Below, piece by piece: positions 1 to 9,120 of a DNA stretch of 48,532 bases. Both the position numbers and the translations under genes were made by a program. Within the stretch, counting starts at the first letter, position 1; every line of letters begins with the position of its first letter. Under the pieces are notes generated by a model, which worked only from the letters and a program-made list of their open reading frames with translations, searched no databases and was not told where the DNA came from. Origin of the DNA: Terriglobales bacterium (GTDB lineage Bacteria; Acidobacteriota; Terriglobia; Terriglobales; Acidobacteriaceae); the NCBI GenBank assembly GCA_035526435.1, contig DATLCI010000150.1, positions 1 to 48,532 of the forward strand, given 5' to 3'.

Positions 1-488
1 GAGTTGGCCGTTACCTGGATAACACACCCCTGCTCGGCGAGCTTTAGTGCAAGCTCCGGCTGGCGCTGGATGACGAGGTTGCGTTCAGGATGCGTTATCA
101 CCGGGGTGATACCCATGCTCAGGAAGCGGAGCAGCGCGTCATTTATAGCCGGGCTGATGGCAAAATCGCTGAATTCGACCAACAGGTAATCGCTACCGCT
201 GATGGCAAATTTTTCGGGAGCGCCTAATGCTTCCTGAATATTGTCAAAGGAGAGGTGGAAGTCACATCCCAAGCTGAGCTGGATCTTGCCGCCTACTCGT
301 TCGCGCAATTCCTGCAGCCGTACTTCGTGCTGCGCCCGGTCGTAGACATACTCGTCGTTCGCATGAGGCGTGCAAACGATATGCTGAATCCCATCTTGAG
401 CGGCGATCCCGCACATCTCTTCGGAGATCTCCCAGCTCTTCGCGCCATCGTCGACGCCGGGTAACAGATGACAGTGAATATCAACCAT
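1..488 (-). CDS. Protein-tyrosine phosphatase, PHP/CpsB (YwqE) family; N-terminal 162 aa, C-terminus runs off the window
   Basis: My own translation of the minus strand from ATG at 488-486: MVDIHCHLLPGVDDGAKSWEISEEMCGIAAQDGIQHIVCTPHANDEYVYDR...VITHPERN. The HCHLLPGVDDG and HAN/HPE metal-binding motifs are typical of CpsB-type PHP phosphatases. No in-frame stop down to position 1. Absent from the ORF track because the ORF is open at the edge. Confidence 0.7.
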   Translation of the reverse strand, partial: MVDIHCHLLPGVDDGAKSWEISEEMCGIAAQDGIQHIVCTPHANDEYVYDRAQHEVRLQELRERVGGKIQLSLGCDFHLSFDNIQEALGAPEKFAISGSDYLLVEFSDFAISPAINDALLRFLSMGITPVITHPERNLVIQRQPELALKLAEQGCVIQVTAN

Positions 489-693
489 CGCGGTGGGTTT
501 ATTGTATCGCGGGGTAGCAAGGGTGCCTGAAGCGGGTTTGAGCCGGCAAAACTGCCAAAAAGGGGGCAAAAACCTGATTGCGGCTCAGACAATGGTTGAG
601 TATAGTTCTCCTAAGCCATTCTGAACTGACAGGTTGCGGCGTTCCCTTCGCATCGGTCAGCAGATACTAAAAATTGTATTCGGGAGAACGTTT

Positions 694-1227
694 ATGTGGA
701 AATCCCCTAAGCCGGATGAAAGACCGACAGCCAACACCAGCGTACCTGTGACTAATCCTCCCGAGATCAAAAAGGAGTTTCGCCCCATGGAACCCGTGAA
801 ATCTGCTGACAGCTTCCGCGCCGATGTTGCCCATATTGGGAAGTCCGTATTAGTGAAGGGCGAACTTTCCGGCAGTGAAGACCTCTACCTGGATGGCGAG
901 GTGGAAGGCAGCATCGATCTGCAGGAGCACAACCTCACCATCGGACCCCACGGCCGGGTACGCGCCAACGTGAAGGCGAAGGACGTTATCGTGCACGGAA
1001 AAGTGGATGGCAACATCCAGGGGACCGACCGGGTGGAACTGAAACGCTCCGCAGTCCTGGTGGGCGATATCTCCACGCAGCGGATCGTGATCGAAGACGG
1101 TGCTTTCTTCAAAGGCGCGATCGACATCAAGAAGGAAGCGAAGCCGGCAGTGAAGGCGGAGGCTCCGAAGACATTCGCGGCGGCCGCGTCATTCAACGAT
1201 CAGCCGACCTTCACGCCACAGAGTTAG
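694..1227 (+). CDS. Bactofilin (DUF583/CcmA family) cytoskeletal protein
   Basis: Beta-helical repeat core: VLVKGELSGSEDLYLDGEVEGSIDLQEHNLTIGPHGRVRANVKAKDVIVHGKVDGNIQGTDRVELKRSAVLVGDISTQRIVIEDGAFFKG. The ATG at 694 is preferred over the TTG at 634 given in the track. Confidence 0.8.
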   Translation: MWKSPKPDERPTANTSVPVTNPPEIKKEFRPMEPVKSADSFRADVAHIGKSVLVKGELSGSEDLYLDGEVEGSIDLQEHNLTIGPHGRVRANVKAKDVIVHGKVDGNIQGTDRVELKRSAVLVGDISTQRIVIEDGAFFKGAIDIKKEAKPAVKAEAPKTFAAAASFNDQPTFTPQS

Positions 1228-1296
1228 TCCCTACGCCAATCACCAATCCGGTTCCGGCAGTTGGCCGGCGGAACCAGCCTGCTTACAATAGGAGCA

Positions 1297-1947
1297 ATGG
1301 GTTTCTTCAAGCTGTTCCGCAATGAGGATCGCAGTCCGGAGGGCTCTGCCGTTGGGCAGAGTGGCGACCGGGCTACGCGCCATTCCAGCGGTCTGGGCGA
1401 GCTGACCAAACTTATTTCCGGCAAAGAGTCCCTGACGATCCTGGATCTGGGACCTACCTCCCCGCAGAACATCTCGCTACTCACCGGGCTGGGACATCGC
1501 GTGTACAACGAGGATGTTTTGCTGGCGTCGTTCGATCCCGCTTATACGTCCGCGTCTGAAGATGGGACGAAGCAGATCAAGGTGGCGGAGTTTCTCCGGG
1601 AAAATCTGAGTCATAACGGCCAGAAGTTCGACGTGGTCTTAGGCTGGGACATCCCTGACTATCTGCACGAAGGGCTGGTGAAACCATCCGTAGAACGACT
1701 GGCAGGGATCATGAAGCCCGGCGGAGTATTGCTGGCATTCTTCCATACCAAAGACGCCGGCCCGGATGCGCCCTACTTCCGCTATCACATTGCGGGCAAG
1801 GACTCGCTTAGCCTGCAACGCGGCCCGCAATTCCGCTTGCAGCGCGTGTTCAACAATCGTCACATTGAGAACCTGTTCAAGGATTTTTCCAACATTAAGT
1901 TCTTTCTCGCCCGCGACAACGTTCGCGAAGTTCTGGTCATCCGCTGA
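1297..1947 (+). CDS. Hypothetical protein with class I methyltransferase-like fold and degenerate SAM motif I
   Basis: ILDLGPTSPQN sits in place of the usual GxGxG motif. FDVVLGWDI and MKPGGVLLAF are post-I/II-like strands. ATG at 1297 is preceded by AGGAG at 1290-1294. Confidence 0.4.
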   Translation: MGFFKLFRNEDRSPEGSAVGQSGDRATRHSSGLGELTKLISGKESLTILDLGPTSPQNISLLTGLGHRVYNEDVLLASFDPAYTSASEDGTKQIKVAEFLRENLSHNGQKFDVVLGWDIPDYLHEGLVKPSVERLAGIMKPGGVLLAFFHTKDAGPDAPYFRYHIAGKDSLSLQRGPQFRLQRVFNNRHIENLFKDFSNIKFFLARDNVREVLVIR

Positions 1948-1952
1948 ATGTT

Positions 1953-3047
1953 TCAGTCTGCCGGCGCAACCTTCGGACGGGTCTTTCGCAAAAGCCATTC
2001 CGTGATGTGCGGGACCTTGAGCAGGCCGGTCAGCGCCGCTTGAAAGGGCTGCGAAGAGGAGAGGACCCGGCGCAGCCGGGCTGCGTGCTGGAAGCACGGC
2101 AAAATGTCATGGCGGTAGGCATTGGCATAAATATCCAGCGCTCCAGCTAAAGGAACATCGCGGCTCACGAACGACGCTACCGCCCTGGCCGCAAGAGCCC
2201 CGGTTTGCAGTGCAAGCGAGATCCCATCGCCGAGGAAGGGGTCGATGAAGCCCGCCGCATCGCCCACTAAGAAAACATTGTTTTGCACCGGGAGGGGCGC
2301 CGAGTGGATGAGGGGAGCAGTTGCCACTAGCTCCGTGATGCGGCTCCACCGGAGGCTCCGAACTTGAAGAGCGGGGTGGCATCGGGTGATCTCTTCCAGA
2401 GAGTTGGCAACATCCGAGCGGACCATCGCGCAGACATTGATCACTCCCTCCCGCACGGGCTGCACTCCGCAATAGCCGCCGGGAAAAAAGTAAAGATCGA
2501 CGGTCGCTTGATCAACGCCGGTGGCATAGTGGGCCTTCATGCCGATCCACTTTGGACCAGGTGGCGGCTCAAGCTTGCCCAGAAGCGAAGACCATCTTCC
2601 CGCAGCATGGATCACCGAGCGTGTTTCGTAACTTTTGTCTCGAGTGTGAATGGTAAAAGGCCCGGCACCTTTGACCTGCGTCACCGGTGTGCCCGCGTGC
2701 GTAAAAACACCTGCCGACGAGGCGGCCTGCCACAGCGCATGGTCCAACTCGTAACGCGGGATGCTCCTGCCGGGAGGATCGATGTGGGTATCCGTCACAC
2801 TCTTACCAATGAACAAGCGGCCCTCGGCGATGGGCAAGGTCTGGGTCAACAAGGGGTGAGCGCCGCCGAGGAGATCGCTTAATAGTGCCAGCGATTCCGA
2901 AGATACGAATTCGCCACACACTCTAGGGCGCGGAAATGTGTCGCGATCGACCAGCAGGACGCACATCCCGGCACGCGCGGCAGAAATGGCGGCGCTGGTG
3001 CCCGCAGGTCCACCGCCCATGATCGCGACATCGAATTGCTCGCTCAC
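1953..3047 (-). CDS. FAD-dependent oxidoreductase, geranylgeranyl-reductase-like family
   Basis: N-terminal Rossmann motif DVAIMGGGPAGTSAAISAARAGMCVLLVDR followed by RVCGEF, and a GD motif LVGDAAGFIDPFLGDGI. Its start overlaps the stop of the upstream methyltransferase gene (3044-3047). Confidence 0.75.
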   Translation of the reverse strand: MSEQFDVAIMGGGPAGTSAAISAARAGMCVLLVDRDTFPRPRVCGEFVSSESLALLSDLLGGAHPLLTQTLPIAEGRLFIGKSVTDTHIDPPGRSIPRYELDHALWQAASSAGVFTHAGTPVTQVKGAGPFTIHTRDKSYETRSVIHAAGRWSSLLGKLEPPPGPKWIGMKAHYATGVDQATVDLYFFPGGYCGVQPVREGVINVCAMVRSDVANSLEEITRCHPALQVRSLRWSRITELVATAPLIHSAPLPVQNNVFLVGDAAGFIDPFLGDGISLALQTGALAARAVASFVSRDVPLAGALDIYANAYRHDILPCFQHAARLRRVLSSSQPFQAALTGLLKVPHITEWLLRKTRPKVAPAD

Positions 3048-3721
3048 TCTTCAGCCTTTCGCCAGACAATGAACCCCATACGGTAGAGGAAATGATGGGA
3101 GGATTCGACGGCGGAATAGCCCGCAGCTTGCAAAATATTTTTTACCTCACTTTGCGTGTATGCGCGCCGTACTGAAACAGGCGCATCGTGCCGGGTCACC
3201 GCGCTACGGTAGATAAGCCGGCCGGCGTGCGCCGCCAGCCAATGCCAGGTGGTTCGTTCGAGGTCATTAATAATGACCGCCCGCCGACATACCCGCATGG
3301 CCTCAGCCATAAAAACTTCAAACTCGGCCGGCCCGAGATGATGAACGAACAAGTTACAGCCGACGACATCAAACGACGCATCGGCAAATGGAAGTTGGAA
3401 AGCAGAACCGCAGATGGCGCTCGCTGGAGCCGCGCGCAGGTGACCCGGACTGCGGTCGAGCACGGTTACGGCCAGTGTGATCCCCTCGCTAGCGAGGGCT
3501 TTGCATGCTGCGGCGGCAACATCGCCGCTAGCGCCGGCAACATCCAGCCATGAAACATTTGTCATCCTTAACCGCTCCGCAACTTGTAGCAGCAGGGAGG
3601 TCGTAGTCGTCGTGCCGCCGAAGTAGCGGTTCAACATGCGCAGGTCGGTGAGGGAATCCTGTATCTGCTGCGGCGTTCCACGGTCATCATCGAGCAGCTC
3701 CGGGACGATGACACGCTTCAT
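3044..3721 (-). CDS. Class I SAM-dependent methyltransferase
   Basis: Motif I WLDVAGASGDVA, acidic loop VTVLDRS, FDVVGCNLFVHHL. Only 6 nt downstream of the ABC exporter stop. Confidence 0.75.
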   Translation of the reverse strand: MKRVIVPELLDDDRGTPQQIQDSLTDLRMLNRYFGGTTTTTSLLLQVAERLRMTNVSWLDVAGASGDVAAAACKALASEGITLAVTVLDRSPGHLRAAPASAICGSAFQLPFADASFDVVGCNLFVHHLGPAEFEVFMAEAMRVCRRAVIINDLERTTWHWLAAHAGRLIYRSAVTRHDAPVSVRRAYTQSEVKNILQAAGYSAVESSHHFLYRMGFIVWRKAEE

Positions 3722-3727
3722 CCCGAA

Positions 3728-5515
3728 CTAAACCTGGGCCAGCTCTTCTTCAAGAAGCTGCTTGTTGTAGAGGTCGGTGTAGTAACCCTCCCGTTGGATC
3801 AGCTCGTCATGGGTGCCGTACTCCACGATGCGTCCTTCATGCAGGACCGCGATCTTGTCCGCGCTGCGCACGGTGGAGACGCGATGCGAGATCAGGATGG
3901 TGGTGCGTCCCCGCATCACTTCACGCAGATGATTCAGGATGCGTTCCTCGGTATAGGTATCGACGCTGGATAATGCATCGTCCAAGATCAGGATGCGGGG
4001 ATCACGAATGATGGCGCGCGCAATGGCGGTGCGCTGTTTCTGTCCGCCACTAAGGGTGATGCCTCGCTCTCCAACGACGGTCTTATAGCCTTCGGGGAAG
4101 CCCTCGATATCTGCGGCGATACTGGCGCCGTCGGCGGCCGCGCGGATCTGTCCATCGGTGGCGGAGTCGGTGCCGAAGGCGATGTTCTCCCGAACGGTGT
4201 CACTGAACAGGAAAGTCTCCTGCGGCACGAATCCGATGTTGCGGCGCAAAGTCTGCAAGGGATAGTCGGCGATAGGACGGCCGTCGAGGAATACCATTCC
4301 TTTCTCGGCATCAAGGATGCGGGGAATGAGGTTCACCAATGTCGTTTTGCCACTTCCGGTAGGGCCGACGATTGCGAGACTGGAGCCGGCCGGGATGTGG
4401 AGGTTTATGTCGCGCAAAACCGCCTGGCTTCTGGCCGCATGCCCATCGACGTCGGGCGTCTGCTCCACAAAATGAAAGTTCAGGTGCCGGAATTCGATGT
4501 CGCCCCGTAGCTCGACCATTTTCCCCGCAAGGTCCGGCGCAACGTCCCGGTCAGAGATAGAGGGAGTTTCCGTCAAAATCTCATTGATACGACCCATAGA
4601 GGCGGTGCCGCGCTGATAGATGTTGATGACCCAGCCCAACGCAATGATCGGCCAAGTCAATTGCACCATGTAAGTGTTGAAGGCGACGAATTGTCCCACG
4701 GTCATCCGGCCCGCCAGCACTTCGCGACCGCCCAGCCACAACACCAGCACTACCGCGAACCCCAACAGAGTCTGCAGCGTGGGCCATAGCATGCCCATGA
4801 GCTGTACCAGCTTCAGGCTGCGGGCGATGTATTCACGGTTCGCGGTGGCGAAGTACGCGATCTCAGCTTCCTCCTGCACATAGGCGCGCACCACGCGGGC
4901 CCCGGAGAAGTTCTCCTGGGCGCGCGCCGAGATGTCAGAGAAGGTGGCCTGGATGCGTTCAAACCGTTCATGGATCCGTCTTCCGAAATATTGGATCAGG
5001 ATGCTGACCATGGGCAAAGGCACAAACGCCACCAGCGTCAGCTTGGGACTGATGCCGAACATGAACGCCAGCGCGCCGGCGGTGAAGACCAGGGTGCTGG
5101 CGGAATACATGATCGCCGGCCCCAGCATCTGCCGCACCGCGTTGAGGTCGTTCGTGGTGCGCGCCATGATGTCGCCGGTGCGGGTGCGCTGGTAGTAGTC
5201 GTGGGAAAGTGTTTCCAGGTGGTGGAAGATATCGTTGCGCAGATCGAACTCGATCTCGCGGGAGACTCCGATCACCAGCCAGCGGTACAGATACTGAAAA
5301 ATGCCCTTCACGAATGCGATGGTGAGCAGGGCCGAAGCGTAATAAAGGAGCTGCTCCCGGGTGACAGCCACCTTGAGCCCGTCAATGGCCTCGCCGATCA
5401 CCAGCGGGAATAGGATCCAGATGCCGTTCATGCATAGCATTGACAACATCCCGAACCCGAGGTCCCGGCGGTAGCGCAACAAATACGGAAAGAGGGGGCG
5501 AAGGCGTTCCAGCAT
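3728..5515 (-). CDS. ABC exporter, fused transmembrane and ATPase domains (MsbA/lipid-exporter-like)
   Basis: Six-helix N-terminal half. Walker A GPTGSGKTT, signature LSGGQKQRTAIARA, Walker B ILILDDALS, H-loop ISHR. Confidence 0.85.
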   Translation of the reverse strand: MLERLRPLFPYLLRYRRDLGFGMLSMLCMNGIWILFPLVIGEAIDGLKVAVTREQLLYYASALLTIAFVKGIFQYLYRWLVIGVSREIEFDLRNDIFHHLETLSHDYYQRTRTGDIMARTTNDLNAVRQMLGPAIMYSASTLVFTAGALAFMFGISPKLTLVAFVPLPMVSILIQYFGRRIHERFERIQATFSDISARAQENFSGARVVRAYVQEEAEIAYFATANREYIARSLKLVQLMGMLWPTLQTLLGFAVVLVLWLGGREVLAGRMTVGQFVAFNTYMVQLTWPIIALGWVINIYQRGTASMGRINEILTETPSISDRDVAPDLAGKMVELRGDIEFRHLNFHFVEQTPDVDGHAARSQAVLRDINLHIPAGSSLAIVGPTGSGKTTLVNLIPRILDAEKGMVFLDGRPIADYPLQTLRRNIGFVPQETFLFSDTVRENIAFGTDSATDGQIRAAADGASIAADIEGFPEGYKTVVGERGITLSGGQKQRTAIARAIIRDPRILILDDALSSVDTYTEERILNHLREVMRGRTTILISHRVSTVRSADKIAVLHEGRIVEYGTHDELIQREGYYTDLYNKQLLEEELAQV

Positions 5516-5569
5516 GACGTTCGATTAGTTTAGATGAAAGGCGGCGACAAAGGCTTTCGCGGATGAAAG

Positions 5570-7894
5570 CTAGGTTTGCACGCGGAAGATAAGGTATCCG
5601 CCGGCCAGCCCAAACAACAGGTCAGGGGCCCAGGCGGCGAGCGCCGCAGGCAACTGGTTAACGTTACCCAGAGCTTCAAACAGCCCGGAAGTCATCCAGT
5701 AAGCGACGGCGAGCCCTAAGGCCACGCCCACCCCGGTGAGGGTGCCGCGCCGTCCCGCCGTGAGCGAGAAGGGGATCGCCAGCAGCGCCATGACAAACCC
5801 GATCATGGGGAAGGCAAACTTCTTGTGCAACTGCACTCGCAGGCGCACAACATCAAACCCGCTCTGCTGAAGGTCGTTGATGTAATTCGACAGTTCGCTA
5901 TAGTTCATCTCGGTGGACTGCCGGACTTCCTTCTTGAAATAAACCGGCGCCTCGGTCACCCCGGCGAACGTGGCGACGTCATAGGTCCGATAGTCAAGGA
6001 CGACGTCGCGTTGGATCTCCCGCTGCCAGCCTTTTTCAAAGACCCATTTATTGAGCCCGTCTTCCCAATGGGCGCGCTTGGCATAGGTACGGCCACTGAT
6101 CTGGATGCTCTTGGGTTCAAAGTGGAATGCCGAGAAGCCGGCAAACTCGTTCCGGTCGGGATCAAAGTGCTCGTAATAGTAGATGGAATTCTGCTGGGCG
6201 AAGATCCACTTGCGGTCAGGACGGATAAACGTCTGGGCGGGTTTGCCCTTGATGCCGTTGCGGATGGCCTCTTGGCGGGTGTTCGCCGTAGGAAGGTAAA
6301 ACTGCTCGAAGAAGAAGAGTCCGACCGACACTACTCCTGCCACCACCAGGACGGGAACCACCGCGCGATAGATGCTGACCCCCGTGGCTTTCATGGCGGT
6401 AAGCTCGTTGGTGCGCTGCAATAGTCCGAAGGTCACGAGTACCGCGACCAACACACTCAACGGCGCCATGAGATAAATCATGGAAGGCATCACGTTGAGC
6501 ATGTATTCGCCTACCGTGATCAGCGGGACGCGATTGCGGATGATGTCGCCGAGGAGCTCGAAAAATGTGAAGACCATCATCAGCGTCACGAAGGTGGCCA
6601 GGATCATTCCCAGGTAAGAAATAAAATCGCGCAGGATGTAGGTATCCAGGATCAGCGGAAAACGCATCTGCGAGCTTTCCCGCGACAGCCGCTCCACCGC
6701 ACGGCGCTCCACGGGTTCGGGTTCCAAGGTCCCCGGTATCCTTTGGAAGCGCTCTTTTATGGCCTGCCAGAGGTTTTTGACGGAACCCACCTCCAACGAT
6801 GAACGGTCCACTCGGTACAACAGGACCAGTCCCGCCAAGGCGAATAGCGCATTTGCCATCCACACGCCGGCGGCGGCGGGCATCTTTCCCTGACGGGCCA
6901 TGCCCACACCGGTCAGCGAGATCACGTAGTAAAGGAAGACCAGACCGATGGTGAGTACGAAGCCCGTCGACTTGCCGCCCTTCTTCGACGAGAGTCCCAA
7001 GGGGATACCGATCATTGCCAAAACCAGGCAGGCAGTCGGGAGTGCCAGTCGCCGATGAAACTCGATCAGATACCAGCGTCCGATGGCGGGATCAGGACTC
7101 TCGGCCAGGCGCAACAGTTCGGCAGTGCTTAGCTCCGCAGGCCGAGGATCGCGGGCGGGGCCGCTATCGGTTGAAGGAAGCTGGATGGGGATATCGCTCT
7201 CGGCGAAGGTCGTAACGTTGTACTGGTCCGGCGAATTGGGAGACGTCTCGTGCTGCGCGCCGTTGACCAGGTGCAACCGCAGCTTGTTCTGCTCTTCATT
7301 GATGACGACGGCGCGCTCCGCGACGGTGACCTTGGGCGAAGATGGATTGCGGATGTCAGCCAGGAAAACGTTCTCCCACACCGCCGCACCGCTACCGGCT
7401 TTTACGTCCTGTACGTACAGCACCGTGTCTTTAAAGTTTTCGTAGAAGACGCGGGGCTGGATCGCGAACGATGCCTGCGAGCTCTTCAGGGACTGCTGTA
7501 GCTGGACAAGTTCTGCGGCGGAACGAGGGGCGACCCACACGCTGTTGACCAGCGCCAACATCCACATGGCCACCGCGAAGATAGAGATGATGCCCACAAA
7601 CGTGACGGCGCCCATGCCGCTGGAACGCATCGCGGTGACTTCGCTGTCAGCGGCCAGGCGACTCAGCCCAATGAGGATGCCGACCAACACGCCCATAGGA
7701 ATGGTGATAGTGAAGGCCGTAGGCAGCGTAAGAAAGAAGAGCTCAGCGACGCTGGGCAAGGGAGCGCTGTTGCGGACGATGAGTTCGAGGATGCGTCCCA
7801 CATCCCGCATGAAGATCACGAAGGTGAACAGAGCAGCGCCCAAGGCCGCATGCTGCAGCACTTCTTTCAATACGTAGCGGGTAAGTATGCGCAC
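5570..7894 (-). CDS. Fused LptF-LptG type lipopolysaccharide export permease (two YjgP/YjgQ modules in one polypeptide)
   Basis: The first module starts MRILTRYVLKEV. The second starts around residue 410, PLILDTYILRDFISYLG. Each has the TM-TM-TM / beta-jellyroll / TM-TM-TM layout and the EVTAMRSSG / ELTAMKATG motif. Confidence 0.75.
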   Translation of the reverse strand: MRILTRYVLKEVLQHAALGAALFTFVIFMRDVGRILELIVRNSAPLPSVAELFFLTLPTAFTITIPMGVLVGILIGLSRLAADSEVTAMRSSGMGAVTFVGIISIFAVAMWMLALVNSVWVAPRSAAELVQLQQSLKSSQASFAIQPRVFYENFKDTVLYVQDVKAGSGAAVWENVFLADIRNPSSPKVTVAERAVVINEEQNKLRLHLVNGAQHETSPNSPDQYNVTTFAESDIPIQLPSTDSGPARDPRPAELSTAELLRLAESPDPAIGRWYLIEFHRRLALPTACLVLAMIGIPLGLSSKKGGKSTGFVLTIGLVFLYYVISLTGVGMARQGKMPAAAGVWMANALFALAGLVLLYRVDRSSLEVGSVKNLWQAIKERFQRIPGTLEPEPVERRAVERLSRESSQMRFPLILDTYILRDFISYLGMILATFVTLMMVFTFFELLGDIIRNRVPLITVGEYMLNVMPSMIYLMAPLSVLVAVLVTFGLLQRTNELTAMKATGVSIYRAVVPVLVVAGVVSVGLFFFEQFYLPTANTRQEAIRNGIKGKPAQTFIRPDRKWIFAQQNSIYYYEHFDPDRNEFAGFSAFHFEPKSIQISGRTYAKRAHWEDGLNKWVFEKGWQREIQRDVVLDYRTYDVATFAGVTEAPVYFKKEVRQSTEMNYSELSNYINDLQQSGFDVVRLRVQLHKKFAFPMIGFVMALLAIPFSLTAGRRGTLTGVGVALGLAVAYWMTSGLFEALGNVNQLPAALAAWAPDLLFGLAGGYLIFRVQT

Positions 7895-7943
7895 AGTGGG
7901 GTCGTAGTCCTGATGGTGAAAGAAAGTCTAGCATGCAGGGGGC

Positions 7944-7970
7944 AAGCAAAAGGGCGCCACGAAGGCGCCC
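7944..7970 (-). terminator. Intrinsic terminator after the BON lipoprotein gene
   Basis: Perfect 7-bp GC stem GGGCGCC(7952-58)/GGCGCCC(7964-70) with a 5-nt loop. On the minus strand it is followed by TTTTGCTTG. Confidence 0.7.
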
Positions 7971-7990
7971 GCTTGCAATGCGAAGTGCAG

Positions 7991-8992
7991 TTATTGATTG
8001 TTCGTCATGGGCCGCCGGGTTGATTGGTTCGAAGATGCTGCCACCACGGACAGTGGTGATTCCAAAGTAAAGGTCAGCATGGTCTCCGGACGCAGCACGA
8101 TCTGCTCGCTCTTGGTGATGGCTTGAGCTCCGGTGCCGGCTCCGGCGCCTACGCCAGCTCCGATAGCAGCGCCCTTACCGCCGCCGGCGATCGCGCCAAT
8201 GACTGCGCCGATGGCAGCGCCGCCGCCCACCTTCGCCGCCGTGTTCTTACCGCGCGAGGCGCCATACTTCTGCCACTGATTCGTATTCAGGTTATAACTA
8301 CGGCCGTTGTAGCTCACGTTGGTGAGTTTCAACACCATTTCTGAACGTCCGGCAAACTTGCCAGCGCTCTTTACGTCCACTACCCGGCCTTGCACGTCAG
8401 CGTGCGCGGGAATCGCGATGCTCTCGCCTACGTAAATGGGAGAGTCGAGAGTGCCAGTAAAGCTGTCGCCCACCGAGACTTTCTCCGAGCTGATCTCGTC
8501 ATTCACGCGGACATTGAGTTCCGTACCCGAAGGCACGGTGACCTTGGCCTGCGTGACCGGGGTGGACGCGCCAGCCGGGGCTGGATTGTTCGTGGTGGAA
8601 CTGCTGCGGTTCACCCGCGGAGCGCTGGTCGTCGTCGCTCGCTGCGTGGTCCCCACGTTGGCCGGTGCGGTGTTGGCCGGAGCTGCTGCCGTGGCCCCAG
8701 TGACTTGCAGGTTATTCACGACGGTCTTCACGCCTTCAACTTGCCCGGCGTCGTTGGAGGCCGCCTGACGCTCCATCTCGGAGCCGACCGTACCGCTTAA
8801 GGTCACTGTTCCGCTGGTGGAATTCACGGTGATGGCCTTATTGGCGATGTTGGCATCGCTGTTGAGCTTATTTTGCACGTCGGAAGCGATATCGGAATCA
8901 GATCGCGTGCCGGGGCCTTTGGCGCAGCCCACCACGAGCAGCAGCGATAGCAACGTTACAAAAAACCAGGTATGTACACGTCGTTCAGTCAT
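7991..8992 (-). CDS. BON-domain lipoprotein with low-complexity linker and C-terminal glycine-zipper
   Basis: Lipobox LLLVVGC. BON pattern [13 protein letters not shown]...[35 protein letters not shown]. Gly-zipper [34 protein letters not shown]. Confidence 0.7.
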   Translation of the reverse strand: MTERRVHTWFFVTLLSLLLVVGCAKGPGTRSDSDIASDVQNKLNSDANIANKAITVNSTSGTVTLSGTVGSEMERQAASNDAGQVEGVKTVVNNLQVTGATAAAPANTAPANVGTTQRATTTSAPRVNRSSSTTNNPAPAGASTPVTQAKVTVPSGTELNVRVNDEISSEKVSVGDSFTGTLDSPIYVGESIAIPAHADVQGRVVDVKSAGKFAGRSEMVLKLTNVSYNGRSYNLNTNQWQKYGASRGKNTAAKVGGGAAIGAVIGAIAGGGKGAAIGAGVGAGAGTGAQAITKSEQIVLRPETMLTFTLESPLSVVAASSNQSTRRPMTNNQ

Positions 8993-9120
8993 AGAAAATC
9001 CTCTTTTTTGGGGCTTGGGTTCTAGGGCCGGTACTGGCTTAGATGCGGGAGTCGCCCAAGTTGACTGTATGCCTGTCCCCAGGAAGAAAGTGAGCAGAAT
9101 GAGACACTTACAGAATATTT

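Noticed and set aside
1245-1275. GC-rich hairpin (GGTTCCGGC...GCCGG/CGGAACC) after the bactofilin stop.
   Set aside because: No U-tract follows, and the next gene starts about 25 nt later with its own SD. It may only be a stabilising structure inside an operon.
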